From the NCBI RefSeq assembly GCF_022701215.1, contig NZ_CP089976.1:1380001-1412000 (forward strand): a stretch of 32,000 bases of DNA. The letters run 5' to 3'. Shown here one piece after another: positions 20,713 through 30,669 of the stretch. Origin of the DNA: Moraxella nasovis. Lineage in GTDB: Bacteria; Pseudomonadota; Gammaproteobacteria; Pseudomonadales; Moraxellaceae. Positions within the stretch are counted from its first letter, which is position 1, and each line of letters opens with the position of its first letter. The notes under the pieces are model-generated. The model saw nothing but the letters and a program-made list of their open reading frames with translations. It was not told the origin of the DNA and ran no database searches. Position numbers and translations under genes: made by a program.

Positions 20713-21311
20713 CACAACACCCCATCATCACGTCTAAGCCACGTTGCAATAGAAAACCGCTGTCTTTGGGTAATCTCCACCTGATGGCGTAGGTTACTAT
20801 CAAATACCACAAGGCGATTGAGTTTGGGTAGTAGCTGTACTGTCTGTCCAAGTTTATCCACGACCGTGATTTGACCGCCGTCTGTATCCGTCCAGTCGTC
20901 ATTTAGATAAAACACCGCCGAAATCACTCGCTCGTCTCGCCCCATGGGGTTATCGGTATGCCATTGGTAGCCAAAACCTGCTGGGTAGCAGGCGTAATGG
21001 GCTTCTGATGAGCGAATGCCGATATAGAGTGTCTCGTTAAAATACCGCCCCAAATCATCAATGGCAGACAGATATTTTGACCCAATAGGACAAGTATCAT
21101 CAATCCAACGAATGCTATCGCCACGGATATTCACCGCACGCTCACCATGGGTTAGATGAGCGTCTTTGTAGTCTATAAATCCACTCTCAGCTTGTAGGGC
21201 AGCCAAAGCGTGATGCTTAAACACATCGTCTAGTGTCAGCGTGCCTGTGCTCAAAAATTCATCTAATTTGGGGTCTATTAAGGCGTGCCAATCGGTGTCA
21301 AAAGTGGTCAT
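20712..21311 (-). CDS. 2OG-Fe(II) oxygenase superfamily protein (prolyl-4-hydroxylase-like)
   Basis: 199 aa with the HxD...H facial triad (WHTDNP ... LRHQV) and the C-terminal R.SI..W motif (RFSIATWL) typical of small P4Hc-type dioxygenases. Confidence 0.8.
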   Translation of the reverse strand: MTTFDTDWHALIDPKLDEFLSTGTLTLDDVFKHHALAALQAESGFIDYKDAHLTHGERAVNIRGDSIRWIDDTCPIGSKYLSAIDDLGRYFNETLYIGIRSSEAHYACYPAGFGYQWHTDNPMGRDERVISAVFYLNDDWTDTDGGQITVVDKLGQTVQLLPKLNRLVVFDSNLRHQVEITQRQRFSIATWLRRDDGVL

Positions 21312-21381
21312 AATAAATAAAAATTAGCTAAATACTGCTGATTATGCTACCATAACTCATTTAAAATTGCATATATTTATC

Positions 21382-22260
21382 ATGAATTATAAACACGCCT
21401 ATCACGCTGGCAACTTTGCCGATGTCGTCAAGCATATTTTGCTATTACAATTACTTGCCCAATTTAGTGCCAAAGCCAAGCCTTTTTATGTGCTAGACGC
21501 TTATGGTGGGCGTGGCTTATACTCGCTAGACAGCGTTGAAGCTACCAAAACGGGCGAGGCGGACAGGGGTATTTATGCACTCCAAAACGCAAATCTTGAC
21601 ACACCACCCAAAGCCGTTGCCCAGTATTTGATGGATTTGAATACCGCTAGAAAAACCTATGACAAGCACGTTTATCCTGGCTCGCCGTGGTGGATTGCCA
21701 ATCACGCTTTGAATCATTCAAAAGACGCACCAATGCGTAGCGAGGCGTTTGAGGCTGTTGCAGACGAGTACGACGCACTAAATTATCAGCTGTATCAGTT
21801 GCCCATCGGCATACATCATCGTGATGCCTTTGAAGGCGTGCCTGCGGTGCTGCCCCCCAAAGAAAAGCGTGGCATTATCCTGCTTGATCCGCCTTTTGAA
21901 CAAGAGCATAAAGATTTTAGCCGTTTGGTGGATTTGCTTGTTGCAAGCCACAAAAAATTCGCCACAGGCACGTTGGTGCTATGGTATCCCATCAAAAACC
22001 TTGATGCAGTAGAATTATTCTACAAAAAAATGAAACGCACCGACATTCGCCGTCAGCTCGTCTGCGAATTAAATCTATACCCCAATGACGTGGCGGTTGG
22101 TATCAATGGCACAGGACTACTTATTATCAATCCGCCTTGGCAGTTTGATGAGCATGCCAAAGATATTTTGCAATTTTTAGCCCCCATTTTACGACCAGCA
22201 GACGCACCTAGCATGAGTGTTGATGAGATGGCGGTGGTCAAATGGCTTGTTGGTGAGTAG
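21382..22260 (+). CDS. rlmJ: 23S rRNA (adenine2030-N6)-methyltransferase
   Basis: MNYKHAYHAGNFADVVKH is the RlmJ N-terminus, and LLDPPFEQE is the catalytic DPPF/Y motif. The ATG at 21382 is preferred over the TTG at 21367. Confidence 0.9.
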   Translation: MNYKHAYHAGNFADVVKHILLLQLLAQFSAKAKPFYVLDAYGGRGLYSLDSVEATKTGEADRGIYALQNANLDTPPKAVAQYLMDLNTARKTYDKHVYPGSPWWIANHALNHSKDAPMRSEAFEAVADEYDALNYQLYQLPIGIHHRDAFEGVPAVLPPKEKRGIILLDPPFEQEHKDFSRLVDLLVASHKKFATGTLVLWYPIKNLDAVELFYKKMKRTDIRRQLVCELNLYPNDVAVGINGTGLLIINPPWQFDEHAKDILQFLAPILRPADAPSMSVDEMAVVKWLVGE

Positions 22261-22449
22261 TGCAATGTTTTGAAGTAACGATACTTTGATGGCATGATTT
22301 ATTATTGGTTGATACTCAGATGTTTATATCATAATGGTTTACCAAAAATCTTTGCCATCTTTACCAACAATGTATCAGCCACGATGAGCTTGTCATTCAT
22401 AAGACAAACATAAGAAAATACAAAATTAGTTAATATCAATTCATAAACC

Positions 22450-23292
22450 ATGATAAAACCAAGCAATCAGCCCAATCAAAGCCAAAACCATGACGATGGT
22501 GGTATCACCTTTGAAGTGGTGGAATTAGAGACAGCACAAAATGCAAGACAAGGCGACAACAAGCTAAGTCGTGGCGTGTATCTTGTGCCAAATCTCATCA
22601 CCACAGCGTCTATGCTTTGTGCTTTTTTTTCCATCATATCAAGTAGTGAAGGGGCTTATTATAAAGCTGCTTTGGCGATTTTTTTATCTGCGGTGCTTGA
22701 TGGCATGGACGGACGAGCCGCCCGTATGCTAGATGCTCAAAGCCCCTTTGGCGAACAGTTTGACAGTCTTGCTGATTGCGTTGCCTTTGGGCTTGCCCCT
22801 GCCGTGCTTGTTTATCAATTTGCATTGCATGGGCTTGGGCGTTTTGGGCTGGCGTGTGCTTTTGTATTTAGTGCGTGTGCAGCATTTCGTTTGGCACGCT
22901 TTAATGTACAAGTTGATGTGGTGGACAAAAAATACTTCATCGGTTTAGCCAGTCCCCTTGCCGCCATACTCATCGCATCAAGCGTGATGATGGCGATTGA
23001 CCATACAAATTGGCTTGGCAGTGTGGGGACTCATATTGGCTTGGCAGAATTTATCTTTGCGGTGTGGACGGTGATGTGTGGTTTGCTGATGGTGAGTAAT
23101 GTCAAATATTATTCATTCAAAGAATTTGACCGCCAAAAAGTGCCTTTCGTGGCATTGATTATCGGTGTGTTTGTCATGGGAGCGGTATTGTACGACTTGC
23201 CAGTGGGTATTTTGGCGATTGGTATGGTGTATGCCTTATCAGGAATTGTAACCACAATACTAACCAAGACAAAAGCCAGCAGGCAAAAATGA
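22450..23292 (+). CDS. pssA: CDP-diacylglycerol--serine O-phosphatidyltransferase
   Basis: 280 aa, polytopic membrane protein with the CDP-alcohol phosphatidyltransferase motif DGMDGRAARM....GEQFDSLAD. Confidence 0.9.
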   Translation: MIKPSNQPNQSQNHDDGGITFEVVELETAQNARQGDNKLSRGVYLVPNLITTASMLCAFFSIISSSEGAYYKAALAIFLSAVLDGMDGRAARMLDAQSPFGEQFDSLADCVAFGLAPAVLVYQFALHGLGRFGLACAFVFSACAAFRLARFNVQVDVVDKKYFIGLASPLAAILIASSVMMAIDHTNWLGSVGTHIGLAEFIFAVWTVMCGLLMVSNVKYYSFKEFDRQKVPFVALIIGVFVMGAVLYDLPVGILAIGMVYALSGIVTTILTKTKASRQK

Positions 23293-23312
23293 TAAAAATA
23301 TCTAAAAAATGC

Positions 23313-23340
23313 TTGACAAGCATTAAATAATAGCTATAAT
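23313..23340 (+). promoter_or_regulatory. rrn promoter P1
   Basis: Consensus TTGACA (23313-23318) and consensus TATAAT (23335-23340) with a 16-nt spacer and an A/T-rich UP-like tract upstream. Confidence 0.65.
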
Positions 23341-23427
23341 AGCCACCACTGACAAGCGAACAATTACCAAGAGCTTTATAAGATAATAAAGAAACTTAAA
23401 AATCTTCCAAAATTCTTGAAAAAAAGC

Positions 23428-23455
23428 TTGACATCAAATATTAAAAGCGTATAAT
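23428..23455 (+). promoter_or_regulatory. rrn promoter P2
   Basis: Consensus TTGACA (23428-23433) and consensus TATAAT (23450-23455) with a 16-nt spacer and an aaaaaa tract upstream. The layout matches P1, 115 bp upstream. Confidence 0.65.
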
Positions 23456-23503
23456 ACGCACTCATTCGCTGGACGACAGACGAATACACTATTTAAAATC
23501 AAA

Positions 23504-23518
23504 CAAAGAACAACTTGT
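23504..23518 (+). other. 5' half of the 16S precursor processing stem (pairs with 25297-25311 in the ITS)
   Basis: caaagaacaacttgt is the exact reverse complement of acaagttgttctttg at 25297-25311. A stem enclosing the whole 16S is the classical RNase III substrate. The ITS half contains a boxA-like tgttcttt. Confidence 0.6.
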
Positions 23519-23665
23519 GTGGATTTTTGTCAATACAAGATAAATCAAATAATATAAATATGCAAGTATCATTTATTATTTATTATCATGACAAAAATAC
23601 TCAAAGTTAATTCATTTACACGATGAGCAAATTTTGCTAGTAATAAAAATAAATGAGCCAAGTCC

Positions 23666-23713
23666 TAATCTTTAATTTATTTTAAATTTTTTTAATCTTT
23701 AATTTACTTTAAA
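23666..23713 (+). repeat. Direct 21-nt repeat in the 16S leader (taatctttaatttaYtttaaa, two copies)
   Basis: Copies at 23666-23686 and 23693-23713 differ at one position. The core ctttaa..tttat resembles the rrn boxA region (cucuuuaacaauuuau). Confidence 0.8.
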
Positions 23714-23734
23714 GCCTTAGGCAAAACAAAGATT

Positions 23735-25266
<1,532 letters not shown>

Positions 25267-25328
25267 ACGATATTATCTGATTGGCAAGAATTCACAACAA
25301 GTTGTTCTTTGGAAAGATGTTTTAAAAC

Positions 25329-25405
25329 GGGTCTATAGCTCAGTTGGTTAGAGCACCGTGTTGATAACGCGGGGGTCATAAGTTCAAGTCTTATTAGACC
25401 CACCA
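25329..25405 (+). tRNA. tRNA-Ile (anticodon GAU)
   Basis: 77 nt with a cloverleaf fold: acceptor gggtcta/tagaccc, anticodon loop ttGATaa, T-arm ataagttcaagtcttat, and encoded CCA. Confidence 0.98.
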
Positions 25406-25414
25406 TTAACACAT

Positions 25415-25490
25415 GGGGTTATAGCTCAGTTGGTAGAGCGCCTGCCTTGCACGCAGGAGGTCAGGAGTTCGACTCTCCTTAACTCCACCA
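25415..25490 (+). tRNA. tRNA-Ala (anticodon UGC)
   Basis: 76 nt: acceptor ggggtta/taactcc with the G3:U70 identity pair, anticodon loop ttGCAc (TGC), and encoded CCA. Confidence 0.98.
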
Positions 25491-25736
25491 TTAAAACATC
25501 AATAAGCATACATAAGCAATTTAAATAAGATTTCTTATTTATGCTTTAACTTTATAAACTGACGAAGTTTATATCATTATTTAACAACATATTATGAGTC
25601 TGGGTTAATTATTTATTCCAACAAATAATTAACCATGGTGATTATACCCAATATAATCACCTAAAAGTAAAGAGAACTGAATCAAGCGTAAACATAGGTA
25701 AATCGTTACAATCATTCTCATACATCACAAGTAAGT

Positions 25737-25756
25737 AAAACTACTTGGGGTTGTAT
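25737..25756 (+). other. 5' flank of the 23S precursor processing stem (25737-25763 pairs with 28917-28944)
   Basis: aaaactacttggggttgtatggtcaag pairs with cttgaccatacaacacccaagtggtttt, giving 27 pairs with one bulge and one G-U. Confidence 0.6.
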
Positions 25757-26272
25757 GGTCAAGTAATGAAGTGCACATGGTGGATGCCTTGGCAGTCAGA
25801 GGCGATGAAAGACGTGATAGCCTGCGATAAGCGTCGGTGAGGTGGCAATATCCTGTGACCCGGCGATTTCTGAATGGGGAAACCCACTTATCATAAGATA
25901 GGTATTCTATCCTTTGGATAGAAGGCAAACCGGGAGAAGTGAAACATCTCAGTACCCCGAGGAAAAGACATCAATAGAGATTCCGTAAGTAGCGGCGAGC
26001 GAACACGGAGGAGCCGATCAAATTTACAGTAGCAAAATGGCGTGGGAAAGCCAACCATAGTAGGTGATAGTCCTGTATGCGAAACTGTTTATACGACATA
26101 TTAAGTAGGGCGAGACACGTGAAATCTTGTCTGAAGATGGGGGGACCATCCTCCAAGGCTAAATACTCCTGACTGACCGATAGTGAACCAGTACCGTGAG
26201 GGAAAGGCGAAAAGAACCCCTGTTAGGGGAGTGAAATAGAACCTGAAACCGTGTGCATACAAGCAGTCGGAG

Positions 26273-26595
26273 CCCGACCACTTAATCGTTTTGAGGATAG
26301 CATGAACTTTTACTACGTCTATGTCATACAAAATGTGAATAATCATGATGAGTTTTATACTGGTTTTACTACCAACTTAAAACAAAGAATTGATTCACAT
26401 AATGGTGACAATACCTACTCAACCAGAAGTAGAACATGGCGTATTGTTTATTGTGAAGCCTATATAAATGAGCAAGTGGCAAGAAAGCGAGAGCGAGACA
26501 TTAAAAATAATGGTCGCACAAGAACTTTCTTAATGAACCGCATTAAATCGCAGTTTGATACTGATGTATCAACACAGAACGATTAAGTGGTCGGG
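26273..26595 (+). other. 23S rRNA intervening sequence (IVS) replacing the tip of helix 25
   Basis: Canonical 23S sequence runs up to ...caagcagtcggagc and resumes at gtgacggcgtaccttttgtataatgggtcagcg. Where E. coli has a ~12-nt hairpin tip, there are 321 nt here. Perfect 18-bp inverted arms, cccgaccacttaatcgtt (26273-26290) and aacgattaagtggtcggg (26578-26595), bracket the insert. The interior is much more AT-rich than the surrounding rRNA. Confidence 0.85.
26302..26586 (+). CDS. GIY-YIG nuclease-domain protein (YhbQ/COG2827-like, 94 aa) encoded inside the 23S IVS
   Basis: GAGGA SD (26293-26297) lies 4 nt before the ATG. MNFYYVYVIQNVNNHDEFYTGFTTNLKQRIDSHN...WRIVYCEAY...ARKRERDIK carries the GIY (YVY) and YIG (YTG) strands, the conserved Arg/His helix and the catalytic-Glu region. 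The stop codon lies inside the right arm of the IVS stem. Confidence 0.75.
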   Translation: MNFYYVYVIQNVNNHDEFYTGFTTNLKQRIDSHNGDNTYSTRSRTWRIVYCEAYINEQVARKRERDIKNNGRTRTFLMNRIKSQFDTDVSTQND

Positions 26596-27096
26596 TGACG
26601 GCGTACCTTTTGTATAATGGGTCAGCGACTTATATTCTGTAGCAAGCTTAACCGTTTAGGGGAGGCGTAGGGAAACCGAGTCTTAATAGGGCGACTTAAG
26701 TTGCAGGGTATAGACCCGAAACCGAGTGATCTATCCATGAGCAGGTTGAAAGTGCCGTAACAGGCACCGGAGGACCGAACCCACTGTCGTTGAAAAGCCA
26801 GGGGATGACTTGTGGATAGGGGTGAAAGGCTAATCAAACTCGGTGATAGCTGGTTCTCCCCGAAAGCTATTTAGGTAGCGCCTCGGACGAACACCATTGG
26901 GGGTAGAGCACTGTTTCGGCTAGGGGGTCATACCGACTTACCAAACCGATGCAAACTCCGAATACCGATGAGTGATATCCGGGAGACAGACGGCGGGTGC
27001 TAACGTCCGTCGTCAAGAGGGAAACAACCCAGACCGCCAGCTAAGGCCCCAAATTCCTAGTTAAGTGGGAAACGATGTGGGAAGGCACAGACAGCT

Positions 27097-27148
<52 letters not shown>

Positions 27149-27937
27149 AGTCGAGTCGGCCTGCGCGGAAGATGTAACGGGGCTCAAACTAGGAGCCGAA
27201 GCTGCGGATTTAATTGTTTCAATTAAGTGGTAGGGGAGCGTTGTGTAAGCCTGTGAAGGTGTATCGTAAGGTATGCTGGAGGTATCACAAGAGCGAATGC
27301 TGACGTGAGTAACGACAAAACGGGTGAAAAGCCCGTTCGCCGGAAGACCAAGGGTTCCAGTCCAACGTTAATCGGGGCTGGGTGAGTCGACCCCTAAGGC
27401 GAGGCCGAAAGGCGTAGTCGATGGGAAATTGGTTAATATTCCAATACTTGTTTATGATGCGATGGAGGGACGGAGAAGGTTATGTCAGCCTGGCGTTGGT
27501 TGTCCAGGTGAAAGGATGTAGGTAGGTTTAGTAGGCAAATCCGCTAGACTATTACTGAGATCTGACAGCAAGCCAATTTATTGGCGAAGTGGCAAATACC
27601 ATGCTTCCAGGAAAAGCTTCTAAGCGATAGTCTTAAACAAATCGTACCCGAAACCGACACAGGTGGTCAGGTAGAGAATACCAAGGCGCTTGAGAGAACT
27701 CTGCTGAAGGAACTAGGCAAAATGGTACCGTAACTTCGGGAGAAGGTACGCTGCTGATGGTGATAAGACTTGCTCTTTGAGCTATTGGCAGTCGCAGATA
27801 CCAGGCTGCTGCAACTGTTTATTAAAAACACAGCACTCTGCAAACACGAAAGTGGACGTATAGGGTGTGATGCCTGCCCGGTGCTGGAAGGTTAATTGAT
27901 GGGGTTAGCGTAAGCGAAGCTCTTGATCGAAGCCCCA

Positions 27938-28019
<82 letters not shown>

Positions 28020-28422
28020 TGATGGCAGCGCTGTCTCCAGCAGAGACTCAGTGAAATCGAAATCGCAGTGAAGATGCTGTGTACCCGCGGCTAGACGGAA
28101 AGACCCCGTGAACCTTTACTACAGCTTTACATTGAACTTTGACCTAACTTGTGTAGGATAGGTGGGAGGCTTTGAAGTGTGAACGCCAGTTTGCATGGAG
28201 CCAACCTTGAAATACCACCCTGGTTATGTTGGGGTTCTAACTTAGATGTAACAACATCAAGGACAATGTATGGTGGGTAGTTTGACTGGGGCGGTCTCCT
28301 CCTAAAGAGTAACGGAGGAGTACGAAGGTGCGCTCAGAACGGTCGGAAATCGTTCAAAGAGTATAAAGGCAAAAGCGCGCTTAACTGCGAGACCCACAAG
28401 TCGAGCAGGTACGAAAGTAGGT

Positions 28423-28498
<76 letters not shown>

Positions 28499-28554
28499 AC
28501 CGCCCAAGAGTTCATATCGACGGCGGTGTTTGGCACCTCGATGTCGGCTCATCT

Positions 28555-28605
<51 letters not shown>

Positions 28606-28772
28606 AGGTACGCGAGCTGGGTTTAGAACGTCGTGAGACAGTTCGGTCCCTATCTACCGTGGGCGTTGGAAATTTGAGAGGATCTGCTCCTAGTACGAGA
28701 GGACCAGAGTGGACGAACCTCTGGTGTTCCGGTTGTTTCGCCAGAAGCATTGCCGGGTAGCTACGTTCGGAT

Positions 28773-28809
<37 letters not shown>

Positions 28810-29081
28810 CTCAAGATAAGATTTCCCTAAAGAGCCGTTGTAGACTACGACGTTGATAGGTTGGGTGTGGAAGCATGGTGACATGTGTAGCTAACCAATA
28901 CTAATTGCTCGTTTGGCTTGACCATACAACACCCAAGTGGTTTTGTATGATTAAAGTGTAAAGATTTTACCTAACAAGCTTGATAAAGAATATATCTTGA
29001 AGTAAATTTAATAAAGATTAAATCAATTTAATAAATTAAATTTAAATAAAAACAGACTCATAATCGTTGTTAATCCTTTTA

Positions 29082-29197
29082 CGCTGACGACAATAGCAAG
29101 ATGGAACCACCTGATCCCTTCCCGAACTCAGAAGTGAAACGTCTTAGCGCCGATGGTAGTGTGGTTCGCCCATGTGAGAGTAGGTCATCGTCAGCAC
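29082..29197 (+). rRNA. rrf: 5S ribosomal RNA
   Basis: Conserved ccgaactcagaagtgaaac and gcgccgatggtagtgtgg blocks, with terminal helix gctgacga/tcgtcagc. Ends are accurate to 2-3 nt. Confidence 0.95.
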
Positions 29198-29209
29198 CCT
29201 TATTTAAGA

Positions 29210-29236
29210 CCCCCGCAAATGCGGGGGTTTTTGTTT
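29210..29236 (+). terminator. rrn operon rho-independent terminator
   Basis: Perfect GC-rich stem cccccgc/gcggggg with loop aaat, followed by tttttgtttt. Confidence 0.88.
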
Positions 29237-29290
29237 TGGGAGAGGGGTGAAAGGTGAAAAAGGGCTATCATTTAGGGGGAAAGGTTGCTT

Positions 29291-29815
29291 ATGGAGCGTG
29301 GGTACAGCTTATTAGAGATTATGGTTGTATTGTTTGTTATTGCCATTATTGCATTATTTGCTTATCCAGCCTACGATGGCATAATGGCTAAAGTGGAGGC
29401 TCAAAATGTGCAACACCATGCTCAAGAAGCATTAAGACTTGCTAAAGTTGAGGCATTGCTCCAAAAAAGTGATGTTATAGTTTGCTATTCCCCTGATGGC
29501 GATATTTGTAGAAAAAATGCTCAAGAATATATAATTGTTTTTGTGGATAAAAATAGAAATAACAAGCTAGATAAAAAAGATTATTTGGTAAGTCGAGAGT
29601 ATCTTGGGCTGTCATACGGTAGAATTCAGATGAATGTATCTTTGAGGCGTGACTTTATCAAGTTTATGGGTGATAATGCTAAGCCAAGAGGGCATTTTGG
29701 GCATATCAAGTACTGCTCATTTGCCAATGATAAATACAGTTACCAAGTCGTGATTAATGCACACGGCATAGTATCTTATAAATGGGGTAAGTATGAGAAT
29801 ATCGGATGTGAGTAA
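29291..29815 (+). CDS. fimT: Type IV pilus minor pilin, FimT/GspH-like
   Basis: MERG|YSLLEIMVVLFVIAIIALFAYP provides a short prepilin leader, the conserved Glu5, and the hydrophobic alpha1-N helix. The ~170-aa size, the Cys residues in the body and the DKNRNNKLD segment resemble GspH/FimT domain proteins. Confidence 0.78.
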   Translation: MERGYSLLEIMVVLFVIAIIALFAYPAYDGIMAKVEAQNVQHHAQEALRLAKVEALLQKSDVIVCYSPDGDICRKNAQEYIIVFVDKNRNNKLDKKDYLVSREYLGLSYGRIQMNVSLRRDFIKFMGDNAKPRGHFGHIKYCSFANDKYSYQVVINAHGIVSYKWGKYENIGCE

Positions 29816-29819
29816 TCGG

Positions 29820-30662
29820 ATGCAATATGCCATGATTGATACGCATACGCATTTTGATGTTGATGAATATGATCGTAACCGAGCCGAGTTTGCAAATAAT
29901 GCATATCGTGAAGGTGTTCGACATTTACTGTTAATTGGTGTTTTGGCAAAAAACTTTAGCGACATGGTGCGTGTAGAGCATGAGCTTAATCGCTTGAAAG
30001 ATTCACCAAAAGCTCATTGTGCGTTTGGTCTGCACCCATTATATATCGCTGATCATGATGAGTGTGACTTGGCTAAACTTGAAGAATATATTGTGAATTA
30101 TCGTAGCATTGCCATTAGCGAGATTGGACTAGATACTTACCCTAAGCATTTTGCAGGTGATATACTTAAAAAACAACAGCATTTTTTTATTGAGCAAATT
30201 CACTTGGCAAAAAAATATAATTTGCCGATTATTTTACACATTCGTAAGGCTCATGCTCAAGTTTTGAAGATTTTAAAAGAACAAAAATATCGTGCCAATG
30301 TGCAAGGCGGAATAGCCCACAGTTTTAGCGGCGGAGAGCAAGAAGCGATAGCTTTCGTTAAAATGGGGTTTAAGCTTGGCATTACAGGTCAAATCACCAA
30401 TCCCAATGCTAAAAAGCTAAGAAATGCAGTTATGGCGGTGTTTAATCGATATGGGGCGCAGGCATTTGTGATAGAGACGGACAGCCCTGATATGTTGCCT
30501 TTGCCGTGCCAAACTGGTCAGTCTCGATTGAATGAGCCTGCTAATTTATTTTATGTATTACAAGAATTGTCGATTATGTTTAAGATGGATCAAGCTAAAT
30601 TGGCAGATATTTTATGGCAAAACAGTAACGATGCCCTATGCCAAAACTGGACTATAAGTTAG
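29820..30662 (+). CDS. TatD-family metal-dependent hydrolase/DNase
   Basis: The IDTHTHFD metal-binding motif lies at the N-terminus, with later EIGLD, ILHIR and HSFSG motifs and D in ETDSP. The start at 29820 lies 4 nt after the fimT-like stop; 29832 is an alternative. Confidence 0.88.
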   Translation: MQYAMIDTHTHFDVDEYDRNRAEFANNAYREGVRHLLLIGVLAKNFSDMVRVEHELNRLKDSPKAHCAFGLHPLYIADHDECDLAKLEEYIVNYRSIAISEIGLDTYPKHFAGDILKKQQHFFIEQIHLAKKYNLPIILHIRKAHAQVLKILKEQKYRANVQGGIAHSFSGGEQEAIAFVKMGFKLGITGQITNPNAKKLRNAVMAVFNRYGAQAFVIETDSPDMLPLPCQTGQSRLNEPANLFYVLQELSIMFKMDQAKLADILWQNSNDALCQNWTIS

Positions 30663-30669
30663 GTGAATC

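Noticed and set aside
20705-20902. 65-aa minus-strand ORF overlapping the 3' end of the oxygenase gene.
   Set aside because: It is out of frame inside a gene with clear 2OG-oxygenase motifs. The real small gene at this junction is the 48-aa ORF in a different frame (20566-20712).
26251-26301. The 17-codon N-terminal extension of the IVS ORF (MCIQAVGARPLNRFEDS) given by the track.
   Set aside because: These codons are read from conserved 23S sequence and the left arm of the IVS stem. The ATG at 26302 has a proper GAGGA SD, and the GIY-YIG domain starts right there.
26273-26595. Whether the 23S insert is a group I or group II intron rather than an IVS.
   Set aside because: The insert sits at the tip of helix 25, a classical IVS site, not in the conserved domain IV/V cores where rRNA introns usually lie. 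It consists only of a terminal stem plus an ORF, with no room for P1-P9 or domain I-VI structures. Intron models were not run, so this is not absolutely excluded.
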